Shown here: one piece after another, positions 1 to 8,298 of the stretch | Numbering within the stretch: the stretch's first letter is position 1 | How the letters are laid out: the number at the start of each line of letters is the position of its first letter | From: Patescibacteria group bacterium | GTDB taxonomy: Bacteria; Patescibacteriota; JABMPQ01; JAQVVF01 | DNA length: 64,000 bases | Direction of reading: 5' to 3' | NCBI GenBank assembly: GCA_028699085.1 | Contig: JAQVVF010000001.1 | Span: 28,333-92,332, forward strand | Notes under the pieces: generated by a model | Database searches by the model: none | What the model was told of the DNA's origin: nothing | Seen by the model: the letters and a program-made list of their open reading frames with translations, nothing else | Program-made: the position numbers and the translations under genes

Positions 1-157
1 TTTGGATGTTTGATACGAATTTTGATTTAGAAGCTATGATGAATGCCAGTAACGGTAAAATTTCAGTTGAAAAGCCTTGGTGGGAAACATTTGTCTTCTA
101 GAATTTAATTTCATAAAATACAAAAAATTGTGTTCCTGCATTTATCCACAAAAAACC

Positions 158-185
158 TTGACAGGTTTTTTTTTGTTGTTAAAAT
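158..185 (+). promoter_or_regulatory. sigma70-type promoter for hrcA: TTGACA (158-163), 16-nt spacer, TAAAAT (180-185)
   Basis: Hexamers read directly from the sequence. The promoter sits immediately upstream of CIRCE and the hrcA start. Confidence 0.5.
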
Positions 186-189
186 ATAA

Positions 190-216
190 TTAGCACTAAA
201 GGTAAGAGAGTGCTAA
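190..216 (+). promoter_or_regulatory. CIRCE operator (HrcA binding site): TTAGCACTA-N9-GAGTGCTAA
   Basis: Sequence ttagcactaaaggtaagagagtgctaa matches the CIRCE consensus TTAGCACTC-N9-GAGTGCTAA. It lies about 30 nt upstream of the hrcA ATG, implying autoregulation. Confidence 0.85.
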
Positions 217-243
217 CACTCAAAACATTAGAGTGCCAAATAT

Positions 244-993
244 ATGAATTCAAGACAAAAAACAATTTTAAATGCAATTATTAAAGAATATATCCAGACA
301 GCTGAACCAGTTGGCTCAAAAGTTTTAGTTGATAAATACAATTTCGATTTATCATCTGCGACTTTAAGAAATGAGATGAAAGAATTAGAAGACATGGGAT
401 TTTTAACTCAACCTCACACTTCAGCTGGCAGAACTCCAACTGATAAAGGGTACCGGTTTTTTGTTGATAGTTTGATGGGTGAAAAAGAGTTAACAGTCAA
501 CGAGCAAAGACAATTACAGACTGAATTAATTAAGACAAAAGCAAAATATAATCGATTAGCAAAATCAACTACAAGATTGTTATCTAGACTATCTGATAAT
601 TTAGTAATTTCTGGCGTTTTAGATTCACAAGATATTTGGGAAGCTGGCATGCCAAAATTATTAAAACAGCCAGAATTCAAAAATCCTGATGAGGTTTATG
701 ATGTTGCCGAAGCGCTTGATTTATTAGATGAAAATGTTGATACTCTTTGTGACAAAGCCAAGTCAAAATGCATTAAAGTCTATATTGGTAAAGAAAATCC
801 ACTTAACATAAAAAACTGTTCAATGGTTGTTTCCCAAGTAAAATATCCATCAGGCGAAAAAGGATTTATCGCTATCATCGGTCCAAAAAGAATGCATTAT
901 GATAAGAATATTTCTTTGTTGGAACATATAACTAAATTTCTTGGTTCTGGACTAATGGTTTCAATATTATTTATAGTTTTTAGTAATGTCTAA
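244..993 (+). CDS. hrcA: Heat-inducible transcription repressor HrcA
   Basis: N-terminal winged-helix region (ILNAIIKEYIQTAEPVGSKVL) is typical of HrcA. The gene is followed by grpE-dnaK and preceded by CIRCE. Confidence 0.85.
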   Translation: MNSRQKTILNAIIKEYIQTAEPVGSKVLVDKYNFDLSSATLRNEMKELEDMGFLTQPHTSAGRTPTDKGYRFFVDSLMGEKELTVNEQRQLQTELIKTKAKYNRLAKSTTRLLSRLSDNLVISGVLDSQDIWEAGMPKLLKQPEFKNPDEVYDVAEALDLLDENVDTLCDKAKSKCIKVYIGKENPLNIKNCSMVVSQVKYPSGEKGFIAIIGPKRMHYDKNISLLEHITKFLGSGLMVSILFIVFSNV

Positions 994-1098
994 ATGAAAA
1001 AATTAAAAATCAAAATGCAAAATGACAATTAAAAATAAAAGATTTACATTTTGCACTGTCATTTTACATTTTGAGATTTACATTTTAAATTTATAACA

Positions 1099-1572
1099 AT
1101 GTTTAAAAAAAAGAACGAAAATAAAGAACTTATCGAGGTCAAAAAGAAAGCAGATGAATATTTAAATGGCTGGAAACGTGCCCAAGCAGATTACCAGAAT
1201 TTAAAAAAGCAAACTGCTCAGAATCAAGTTGATTTTGTAAAATTTGCTAATGAAAATATTATTTTAGAAATAATTCCGGTATTAGACAATTTTCAGTCAG
1301 CATATAGTGCAGTATCAAAAGAGTTAGAAAACAATCCATGGGTTCAAGGAATAAAGCTTATCAAGAAGCAATTAGAAGATGTCCTAACAAGGAATGGCGT
1401 GAAGACAATTGAATGTTTAAACAAAGAATTCGATCCAAAATTCCATGAAGCTGTGAATTGTAAGAAAGAAGATAGCGCTAAAAAAGAAAAGCTAATTATT
1501 TGCAAAGAGATAAGTCGAGGCTATGAACTTAATGGCAAAATAATTAGACCATCTAAAGTTGAAGTAAAATAA
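1099..1572 (+). CDS. grpE: Nucleotide exchange factor GrpE
   Basis: Size 157 aa, coiled-coil N-terminus, position between hrcA and dnaK. Confidence 0.8.
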   Translation: MFKKKNENKELIEVKKKADEYLNGWKRAQADYQNLKKQTAQNQVDFVKFANENIILEIIPVLDNFQSAYSAVSKELENNPWVQGIKLIKKQLEDVLTRNGVKTIECLNKEFDPKFHEAVNCKKEDSAKKEKLIICKEISRGYELNGKIIRPSKVEVK

Positions 1573-1584
1573 TTTTTTAAGGAT

Positions 1585-1636
1585 CGCAGTAATATCAGAA
1601 AAAAATCAATGATTTTTTTCTGAAACCTACTGCAAA
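1585..1636. repeat. Nested perfect palindrome GCAGTA-ATAT-CAGAAAAAAATCA-A-TGATTTTTTTCTG-AAACC-TACTGC between grpE and hsp20
   Basis: Read directly: a 13-bp perfect inverted repeat centred at 1609, plus outer GCAGTA/TACTGC arms. Confidence 0.7.
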
Positions 1637-1644
1637 ATAAAAAT

Positions 1645-2058
1645 ATGCCAATAATTAAATGGCAACCATTTAACGATTTAGATCGAATGTTTGAGGAAAA
1701 CTGGTTCCCTCAAACAAAATCAGAAGAATATGTTCCAGCAATTAATGTTTCAACAACAGAAAAAGAAGTTATAATTGAAACACCACTAGCTGGAGTAAGG
1801 CCAGAAGACATAAAAATTAGCGTTGAAGACGATGTCTTAATGATCAGCGGTAAATACAAAAAAGAAGAAGAAACTGAAAAGAAAGATTATTACAAAAAAG
1901 AAATAAGAGAGGGTTCATTTCATCGTTCAGTTAATTTGCCTGTAGAGGTAAAACCAAGCGAAGCTTCTGCTGAAACAAAAAATGGCATGTTAAAGATTGT
2001 AATTCCGAAGCAAGAGGTTAAACCAAGAAGCGAGGCAATTGAAATCAAAGTAAAATAA
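1645..2058 (+). CDS. Hsp20/alpha-crystallin family small heat-shock protein
   Basis: 137 aa with the alpha-crystallin domain pattern (GMLKIVIPK C-terminal IxI-like region), inside the heat-shock cluster. Confidence 0.75.
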   Translation: MPIIKWQPFNDLDRMFEENWFPQTKSEEYVPAINVSTTEKEVIIETPLAGVRPEDIKISVEDDVLMISGKYKKEEETEKKDYYKKEIREGSFHRSVNLPVEVKPSEASAETKNGMLKIVIPKQEVKPRSEAIEIKVK

Positions 2059-2074
2059 TAGAATCTCAGAAATC

Positions 2075-2110
2075 GGAATTCAGAAATTAGAATTTCCGTT
2101 TCTGAATTCC
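2075..2110. promoter_or_regulatory. Perfect 12-bp inverted repeat GGAATTCAGAAA-N12-TTTCTGAATTCC upstream of dnaK
   Basis: Read directly. It shares the CAGAAA/TTTCTG arms with the palindrome upstream of hsp20. A related word (CAGAATTTAGAATTTCG) recurs at 55120-55150 upstream of ybaB. Confidence 0.5.
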
Positions 2111-2211
2111 ATTCTAGATTTTATTAAATCTAATTATATTAACAATTTAATCCGTATTCGAATATGTATTCGAGTAATAATATTCGGAATTGGATTAAAA
2201 AAGAATAAATT

Positions 2212-4140
2212 ATGCCAAAGATATTAGGTATTGATCTAGGAACAACAAATTCCTGTATGGCCATCATTGAAGGTGGCGAGCCAAAAGTTTTAGAAAACAA
2301 AGATGGTAATCGTACGACTCCATCAGTTGTTGCTATAAAACAAGATGGTGAAAGAATTGTCGGACAGCTAGCCAAAAGACAAGCTGTTACAAATTCTGAA
2401 AACACAGTTTACTCTGTAAAAAGACTTATCGGTCGAAAATTTGATTCCGATGAAGTTCAAAAAGATCTTAAGGTTTTACCTTACAAAATTATGCAATCTG
2501 GTGTAGGCGTTAAAGTCATTATGCATGGAAAAGAGTACACTCCCCAAGAAATTTCAGCCATGGTTTTGCAAAAACTAAAAAAAGATGCTGAAGAAAAAAC
2601 AGGCGAAGAAATTAAAGAAGCAATTATTACAGTTCCAGCATATTTTGATGATGCTCAAAGACAAGCAACAAAAGATGCTGGAAAAATTGCTGGCTTAGAA
2701 GTAAAAAGAATTATCAATGAGCCAACAGCTGCTGCATTAGCTTATGGTTTTAATAAGAAAAAGAACGAAAAAATTGCAGTCTATGATCTAGGTGGTGGTA
2801 CATTTGATATTTCGATTCTTGAAGTGGGGAATGATACAGTTGAAGTAAAATCAACAAATGGCGATACTCATTTAGGTGGTGATGATTTTGATCAAAAAAT
2901 TATCGACTATTTAGTTAGTGAATTTAAAAAAGAACAAGGTATTGATTTATCAACTGATAAAATGGCAATCCAAAGATTAAAAGAATCAGCAGAAAAAGCA
3001 AAACACGAATTATCAAGTGCTTTAGAAACTGAAGTTAATCAGCCATTTATTACAACTGACAGTACAGGTCCAAAGCACTTAAATATTAAAATCACTCGTG
3101 CTAAACTAGAAGAGTTAGTCGGTGATTTAGTTGAAAAGACTATTGAGCCATGCAAGAAAGCTTTAGAAGATGCAAAGCTAAGCATTTCTGATATTAATGA
3201 AGTTGTAATGGTTGGTGGACAAACAAGAATGCCAATGGTACAGAAAAAAGTTGAAGAATTCTTTGGAAAGAAGCCACACATGGGTGTAAATCCAGATGAA
3301 GTCGTTGCTGTTGGTGCAGCTGTTCAAGCAGGTGTCCTTCAAGGTGATGTTAAAGACATTCTATTGTTAGATGTTACGCCATTAACATTAGGCCTTGAAA
3401 CATTAGGTGGAATCAGAACTCCGTTAATCAATAGAAATACAACTGTTCCAACTTCAAAATCTCAAGTATTTTCAACTGCAGCTGATAATCAGCCACAAGT
3501 TGAAATCAATGTCTTGCAAGGTGAAAGAGAAATGGCCAACGATAATAAATCTTTAGGTAGATTCATCCTAGACGGCATTCCTCCAGCCCCACGTGGTATT
3601 CCTCAAATTGAAGTCACTTTTGATATTGATGCAAACGGTATCTTAAATGTAAAAGCAAAAGACAAAGCAACTGGCAAAGAACAAAAGATTACCATTACTG
3701 CCTCTTCAGGATTATCAGATGAAGAAGTAGAGAAAATGAAAAAAGATGCTGAAGCTCATGCTGAAGAAGACAAAAAGATTAAAGAAAAAATTGAAATCAA
3801 AAACAATGCTGAAACTTTAATCTATACTGCTGAAAAAACCTTGAAGGATTCAAAAGGCAAGGTTGATGAAAAAACTTCAAAATTGATTACTGAAAAAATT
3901 GAAGCTTTGAAGAAAGCCAAAGATACCGCAGAGGCTACAGTTGTCAAAAAAGCTACAGAAGAATTGTCTAGCGAACTTCAAAAGGTTGGTCAGAAAATGT
4001 ACCAAGATGCTCAGGCTGCTCAAGCTAAAGCACAACAGGCTTCACAAGCTCAAAGTCAGCAAGCTCAAACCGCTCCTCATGCTGATCCAAAAGGTCCAAA
4101 TACTGTCAAGGGAGAATACAAAGAAGTTCCAAAAAAATAA
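2212..4140 (+). CDS. dnaK: Molecular chaperone DnaK (Hsp70)
   Basis: Hsp70 signatures [16 protein letters not shown] and [11 protein letters not shown] are present. 642 aa. Confidence 0.95.
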   Translation: MPKILGIDLGTTNSCMAIIEGGEPKVLENKDGNRTTPSVVAIKQDGERIVGQLAKRQAVTNSENTVYSVKRLIGRKFDSDEVQKDLKVLPYKIMQSGVGVKVIMHGKEYTPQEISAMVLQKLKKDAEEKTGEEIKEAIITVPAYFDDAQRQATKDAGKIAGLEVKRIINEPTAAALAYGFNKKKNEKIAVYDLGGGTFDISILEVGNDTVEVKSTNGDTHLGGDDFDQKIIDYLVSEFKKEQGIDLSTDKMAIQRLKESAEKAKHELSSALETEVNQPFITTDSTGPKHLNIKITRAKLEELVGDLVEKTIEPCKKALEDAKLSISDINEVVMVGGQTRMPMVQKKVEEFFGKKPHMGVNPDEVVAVGAAVQAGVLQGDVKDILLLDVTPLTLGLETLGGIRTPLINRNTTVPTSKSQVFSTAADNQPQVEINVLQGEREMANDNKSLGRFILDGIPPAPRGIPQIEVTFDIDANGILNVKAKDKATGKEQKITITASSGLSDEEVEKMKKDAEAHAEEDKKIKEKIEIKNNAETLIYTAEKTLKDSKGKVDEKTSKLITEKIEALKKAKDTAEATVVKKATEELSSELQKVGQKMYQDAQAAQAKAQQASQAQSQQAQTAPHADPKGPNTVKGEYKEVPKK

Positions 4141-4151
4141 TATAATATTTT

Positions 4152-4175
4152 GGGGGCGGAAATAATTTCGCCCCC
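4152..4175 (+). terminator. GC-rich stem-loop GGGGGCG-N10-CGCCCCC after dnaK (weak U-tract)
   Basis: 7-bp G/C stem read directly. Only two T residues follow, so this may be a partial terminator or attenuator ahead of dnaJ. Confidence 0.45.
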
Positions 4176-4185
4176 TTGAATAATC

Positions 4186-4320
4186 AATTACCAAGAAACA
4201 AGAAACAAGCAATAGTCAATAACCAAATTAAAATAATCAAACTCGTCGAATCGTTTGTCGGTTTGGTTATTGATAAATTGAAATTTGTTTGTATCTTGTT
4301 TCTTGTATCTTGGTTATTTT
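4186..4320 (+). repeat. Copy 1 of a roughly 130-nt structured intergenic repeat (outer arms ACAAGAAACAAG / CTTGTTTCTTG; inner AATAACCAAA / TTTGGTTATT; apex CAAACTCGTCGAATCGTTTG)
   Basis: Aligns with copies at 40660-40797 and 49984-50113. All three lie between co-directional plus-strand genes. Confidence 0.75.
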
Positions 4321-4331
4321 AAGAATCAAAA

Positions 4332-5471
4332 ATGGCAAAAGATTACTACGAAATATTAGGTGTTACTAAAGATTCATCAGAAGATGAAATTAAAAAAGCT
4401 TTTTATAAAAAAGCTCATCAATATCATCCTGATAAAAAAACAGGTAACGCTGAAAAATTTAAGGAAGCTAATGAGGCTTACCAAGTTTTGTCTGATAAAG
4501 AAAAAAAATCACAATATGATCAATTCGGTCAAACTTTCGAGCAGGCTCAATCAGGAGGTGGATCTTATGGGGGGAATCCTTTTAGCGGTTTTAATGGTCA
4601 AGGTTTCAATGTCAATATGGAAGATTTTGATTTAGGTGATATTTTTTCATCTTTTTTCGGTGGCAAAAGAAAATCAAAGGGCACTAGAAATGCAGTGGCT
4701 GGCAATGATATTAGCATTGATCTAAATATTAATTTTGAAGATCCAGCCAAAGCTTTAGAAAAAGAAATTGAATTGTATAAAAAAATAAAATGTGATCGCT
4801 GTACAGGACAAGGTAATGAACCAGGCACGAAAATTAATACTTGTAAGAATTGTCAAGGCAGTGGTCAAGTAACGCAAGCTCGTCAAACAATGTTTGGCGT
4901 ATTTTCGCAAGCTACAATTTGTCCAGAATGCCAAGGCAATGGACAGATATTCGAACAAAATTGTACAAAATGCAAAGGCAAAGGCCAAGTTCAAGGATAT
5001 GAAAAAGTATCAATCAATATTCCGGCCGGAATTAGAGACGGCCAAACGCTAGAATTGAGCAACAAAGGAGAAGAAGGACAAAAAGGCGGACCAGCTGGCA
5101 ATTTATATATTTCAATTCATGTTGCTTCTCACAAATATTTCAAGAGAAAAGAGGATAATTTAATTTACGAACTGCCTCTTAGCTTTACTCAAGCAGCATT
5201 AGGCGATGAAATTGAAATTCCTACTCTTAACAGCAATATTGCTTTAAAAATTCCAGCTGGAGTTCAGACTGGAAAAATTTTTGTTATCGATGGCAAAGGC
5301 TTTCCACATTTGAATCAGCAAGGAGCCGGAGATTTATTAATTCCTGTTCGAGTTATTACTCCAACAAAATTGAATAAAAAAGAAAAAGAATTGTTGTTAG
5401 AATTAGCAAAGAATAATGGTCAAACAGTTAAAGTCAAAAAGAAAAACTTTTTTCATGATTTATTTGAGTAA
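4332..5471 (+). CDS. dnaJ: Chaperone DnaJ
   Basis: J-domain with HPD motif (YHPDKK), G/F-rich linker, four CxxCxGxG zinc-finger repeats. Confidence 0.9.
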   Translation: MAKDYYEILGVTKDSSEDEIKKAFYKKAHQYHPDKKTGNAEKFKEANEAYQVLSDKEKKSQYDQFGQTFEQAQSGGGSYGGNPFSGFNGQGFNVNMEDFDLGDIFSSFFGGKRKSKGTRNAVAGNDISIDLNINFEDPAKALEKEIELYKKIKCDRCTGQGNEPGTKINTCKNCQGSGQVTQARQTMFGVFSQATICPECQGNGQIFEQNCTKCKGKGQVQGYEKVSINIPAGIRDGQTLELSNKGEEGQKGGPAGNLYISIHVASHKYFKRKEDNLIYELPLSFTQAALGDEIEIPTLNSNIALKIPAGVQTGKIFVIDGKGFPHLNQQGAGDLLIPVRVITPTKLNKKEKELLLELAKNNGQTVKVKKKNFFHDLFE

Positions 5472-5600
5472 TTCTTGCTCTAGTTACTTGTTAATAATTA
5501 CTAGCTCCTTCTGTTCAAATTATCCACTTTCCATTTTACATAATTAGATATTATTGATATAATAAAAACAAAAGTTTAAGACTAATTAAAACAAAAATAT

Positions 5601-6140
5601 ATGTCTAGTGGATTAGCTGCCGCGGTAAATTGGAGTTTACCGTCTTGGGATTTATTTATAATAATCTTTTTTGTCTTGGCTATATTAATTTATGGCATGT
5701 CTTTAGGACGAGAAAGAGTTTTAGCTGTTTTAGTCAGTGTCTACATTTCTCTGGCTATTACAACTAATTTGCCATTCATTAATGAAAAGATGTCCATGAA
5801 ATTTGGATTAGGTCCGGTATTTGTTCTCCAAATCTTGTCATTTTTTGGTTGTATCGCCGGCATCTTTTTCTTGTTATCTAGAGTAGGAGCTTTATCTGGT
5901 TTCGTTGGTAAGCCAAGCATTCCTGTTATTGCTTTGTTTAGCGTATTACAAGTTGGTCTTATTATCAGTTGCGTATTATCATTTTTACCTCCAACAGCCT
6001 TAGCATATTTGTCTTCAATGGTTAGATTTGCTTTTGCATCTGATATCGGAAGATTCTTATGGATTCTTGCTCCAATGGGCGCATTATATTTAATCCGTGA
6101 AAAAGAGCCAACAACTCCAGAGGCTGATAAAAAGAAATAA
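5601..6140 (+). CDS. Polytopic membrane protein, CvpA-like
   Basis: 179 aa with 4-5 hydrophobic helices. The N-terminal pattern resembles the CvpA family. The assignment is weak. Confidence 0.35.
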   Translation: MSSGLAAAVNWSLPSWDLFIIIFFVLAILIYGMSLGRERVLAVLVSVYISLAITTNLPFINEKMSMKFGLGPVFVLQILSFFGCIAGIFFLLSRVGALSGFVGKPSIPVIALFSVLQVGLIISCVLSFLPPTALAYLSSMVRFAFASDIGRFLWILAPMGALYLIREKEPTTPEADKKK

Positions 6141-6253
6141 TCTTGTCATCAGAAAATTTTTGTGTTATCTTAATTAAAGAAATTTTATATTTCTTTTTTA
6201 TTTAAATTATAAACCTCACAGCCAAACGGGCTGTGCCCAGAACGAAAAATATT

Positions 6254-6332
6254 TGTCATTCTGAACTGCAGTGAAGAATCCCATAATTATTTATTTAATA
6301 ATGGGATCCTTTGCTTCGCTCAGGATGACAGA
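6254..6332 (+). repeat. GC-richer imperfect hairpin element (arms TGTCATTCTGAACTGCAGTGAAGAATCCCAT and ATGGGATCCTTTGCTTCGCTCAGGATGACA) 40 nt upstream of tRNA-Lys
   Basis: Read directly. A second copy of the same roughly 30-nt motif pair lies at 42726-42801, abutting lysS. Confidence 0.7.
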
Positions 6333-6372
6333 AAATTTATCATTTATAATTTGTAATTTTTAATTAGATATT

Positions 6373-6443
6373 GGGTCCGTAGCTCAATGGTAGAGCTGTA
6401 GCCTTTTAAGCTATAGATAAGAGTTCGATTCTCTTCGGACCCA
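6373..6443 (+). tRNA. tRNA-Lys (anticodon UUU)
   Basis: Cloverleaf folded by hand: acceptor GGGTCCG/CGGACCC, D-arm GCTC-AATGGTA-GAGC, anticodon stem GTAGC/GCTAT with loop CTTTTAA (TTT at 6405-6407), T-arm AAGAG-TTCGATT-CTCTT, discriminator A. No CCA is encoded. Confidence 0.8.
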
Positions 6444-6597
6444 AAAATATAATTTCTGGTTGCCAGAGTTCCGGAACGTCAGAACGACCGAAATGTCAAA
6501 TTTATTTAGGTTAATAATCTGCATATGAAGGCAGTTTTTTGTTGTCAAAATTTAGCTATTCCGAAATTCCGAAGCTCCAATTTCCAAAGTTCTAAAA

Positions 6598-6625
6598 TTA
6601 AAAAATCCTGTCAAATAACAGGATT
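6598..6625 (-). terminator. Rho-independent terminator for the minus-strand gene at 6638-7150 (AATCCTGT-N6-ACAGGATT, then T-run on the minus strand)
   Basis: 8-bp stem read directly. The A-run at 6599-6605 on plus becomes a U-tract on the minus transcript. Confidence 0.6.
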
Positions 6626-6637
6626 AAAAGGTACAAA

Positions 6638-7150
6638 TCAAAATGGCTGAATTGCTTTTTGAAACATAATACAATCCAGAACATCTCTTTGGTCTGGGCG
6701 TAGATGAATACAAGTAATGACTTTATTCTTATTCATTACGAAAATCAAAGTGTCATAACGACGGTATCGAATTGTCTCCTCCAAGCTTGGACTTTTAGTA
6801 CAAAAGCTCTTTAGAAACAGTTCGGCTTCCCCTGAAAGCTCAATAGCATCTGGTGCAGTGCACAAGGCAACAATTAGCATGCCTATTGTGGACAAACATA
6901 ATATACCTGTATCTTCCCACATTCTATCAAATGCTAGCAATGCTTCATCAATTCTGCCCAATTCCAGGAATCTTCTTAAGTAATTACATTGAGCTGCCAT
7001 TTCAATACGATGAGGCACTGAAATAACATGCTCTGGAGACTTAAAAAAGTTGAAAAAACCAATCTGTCCTTCTGGTATTCTCAACCTCCACTGGACAAAG
7101 CGTTCAATAGCATGAACGCTTACGTAAATCTCGGGAGTCGGGGAGCACAT
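6638..7150 (-). CDS. Hypothetical protein (170 aa), GC-richer, led by a strong SD (GGAGGG-N7-ATG), located right after tRNA-Lys
   Basis: Long ORF with its own terminator. The N-terminal HAIERF motif loosely resembles DUF4258-type small toxin motifs, which is speculative. Confidence 0.4.
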   Translation of the reverse strand: MCSPTPEIYVSVHAIERFVQWRLRIPEGQIGFFNFFKSPEHVISVPHRIEMAAQCNYLRRFLELGRIDEALLAFDRMWEDTGILCLSTIGMLIVALCTAPDAIELSGEAELFLKSFCTKSPSLEETIRYRRYDTLIFVMNKNKVITCIHLRPDQRDVLDCIMFQKAIQPF

Positions 7151-7296
7151 CTTTTTGCCCTCCTCTACTTGTTTCTTGTCTAGGGTGCAATAATATATAA
7201 TAAAACTTTTTAATTAAAAAGTCAAGTTATTTACCAAAATAAAAAAATATGCTAATCTAGATATAACAGTAAATATATTAAAAATAAAATAAAAAT

Positions 7297-7722
7297 ATGA
7301 AAGATTTTTTTCCAAAAGCATTTCGCATTTTTATGGTTGCAGCTATTTTAATTGGCGGCGGTCTCTGGTTAGATTATGAGGCCAAAAAAGGTACCAAAGA
7401 GGAATCAGCTTTGGGCAGTATTATTAAAGCATATCAGAATTTTACAAAAGTTAATAAAAAAACTACAGCTAAAAAAAAGAAGAAAAAGAAAACAACAGCT
7501 ACGAATGAAAAACAAGCAACTAATACAACTACAAATCAAGATACAACAAAGGAAACTGCCAAAAAAAAGAAAGCAACTACAAATACAGAGAATACTACAA
7601 CTCAACAAGATCCATTAAAAAGTACCGGTGGCTATATTGACGACACAATCAAAGAAAAAGCGCGACAGGAAGCTTTAGATGCAGCACGAGAAATTTACAA
7701 TCAAACACAGACTCAGCAATAA
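7297..7722 (+). CDS. Hypothetical membrane-anchored protein with a Lys/Thr-rich low-complexity region
   Basis: N-terminal hydrophobic helix, then a K/T-rich disordered stretch encoded by two A8 homopolymer tracts (about 7475 and 7562). Confidence 0.4.
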   Translation: MKDFFPKAFRIFMVAAILIGGGLWLDYEAKKGTKEESALGSIIKAYQNFTKVNKKTTAKKKKKKKTTATNEKQATNTTTNQDTTKETAKKKKATTNTENTTTQQDPLKSTGGYIDDTIKEKARQEALDAAREIYNQTQTQQ

Positions 7723-7723
7723 T

Positions 7724-8026
7724 ATGATTATCAAATTTACTACTAAATTTACTCAAAATTCTCTGAACTTAATGCGCAAAATTGGCTATATGCCATGGCG
7801 TGATCCAAGATCAAACACTAATAGTTATATTAGACACCTTGGAGCTTCTTATTATCCTCGTTTTCATGCTTATCCAAAACTTGATCAAGAGGGCAATTTT
7901 ATGATTGATTTGCATTTTGATTGGCGCAGACCAATGCACAAAATAGGCATCAAATCAACAGAAGGCGAGGAAAGTGATGTTGTCCAAAAAGAAGTAACTA
8001 GAATTAAATCAATTTTAGGACAATAA
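7724..8026 (+). CDS. Hypothetical protein (about 100 aa)
   Basis: ORF 7679-8026, trimmed to the ATG at 7724 to avoid overlap with the previous gene. An intrinsic terminator follows. No family was recognised. Confidence 0.35.
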   Translation: MIIKFTTKFTQNSLNLMRKIGYMPWRDPRSNTNSYIRHLGASYYPRFHAYPKLDQEGNFMIDLHFDWRRPMHKIGIKSTEGEESDVVQKEVTRIKSILGQ

Positions 8027-8049
8027 ATTATATACTAGATATAAAAAGA

Positions 8050-8074
8050 AAAACAGCATTTCGCTGTTTTTTTG
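8050..8074 (+). terminator. Rho-independent terminator AACAGC-ATTTC-GCTGTT plus T7
   Basis: Read directly downstream of the 8026 stop. Confidence 0.7.
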
Positions 8075-8210
8075 CGTAATTATTTTATTACTTGTTCGTA
8101 TAGTTTTTAACACTTTGCAATAGGACAATTAATCAATTTTTGCAATTAAGATTGGAAATGCTTGACATGTTATAAAATCAGTGCTAAATTAATATGAATA
8201 GCAAAACTAA

Positions 8211-8239
8211 TTGACAGATTTGTAAATTTATGCTATCAT
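8211..8239 (+). promoter_or_regulatory. Consensus sigma70 promoter TTGACA-N17-TATCAT upstream of the 8299 gene
   Basis: Read directly: TTGACA at 8211-8216, 17-nt spacer, TATCAT at 8234-8239. Confidence 0.6.
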
Positions 8240-8298
8240 TATCAAGTATAATAAATTAAATTATTTAATATAGTTTTTCACTATATTAAACCAATATT

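Noticed and set aside
2075-2110. Resemblance of GGAATTCAGAAA...TTTCTGAATTCC to the eukaryotic heat-shock element (nGAAnnTTCn)
   Set aside because: Superficial word match only. Bacterial regulators do not use HSF, so this is treated as coincidence.
3941-4165. 74-aa plus-strand ORF overlapping the dnaK 3' end in another frame, and similar embedded ORFs (3039-3281-, 4360-4635+, 4598-4828-, 4755-4994-, 7376-7618+, 7405-7608-, 8634-8906-, 9731-9916+, 11286-11489-, 11840-12157+, 14216-14422+, 16725-17042-, 17127-17411-, 18554-18832-, 19996-20214-, 20199-20477-, 20234-20437+, 20571-20846-, 20671-20853+, 21146-21577- and many others)
   Set aside because: They are fully nested in or antisense to confidently identified conserved genes, with low-complexity translations and no SD or promoter. 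These are spurious ORF-finder hits.
6217-6235. Hairpin CACAGCC-AAACG-GGCTGTG downstream of the CvpA-like gene as an intrinsic terminator
   Set aside because: No U-tract follows. It may be part of the upstream flank of the Lys-associated element instead, so it is not called.
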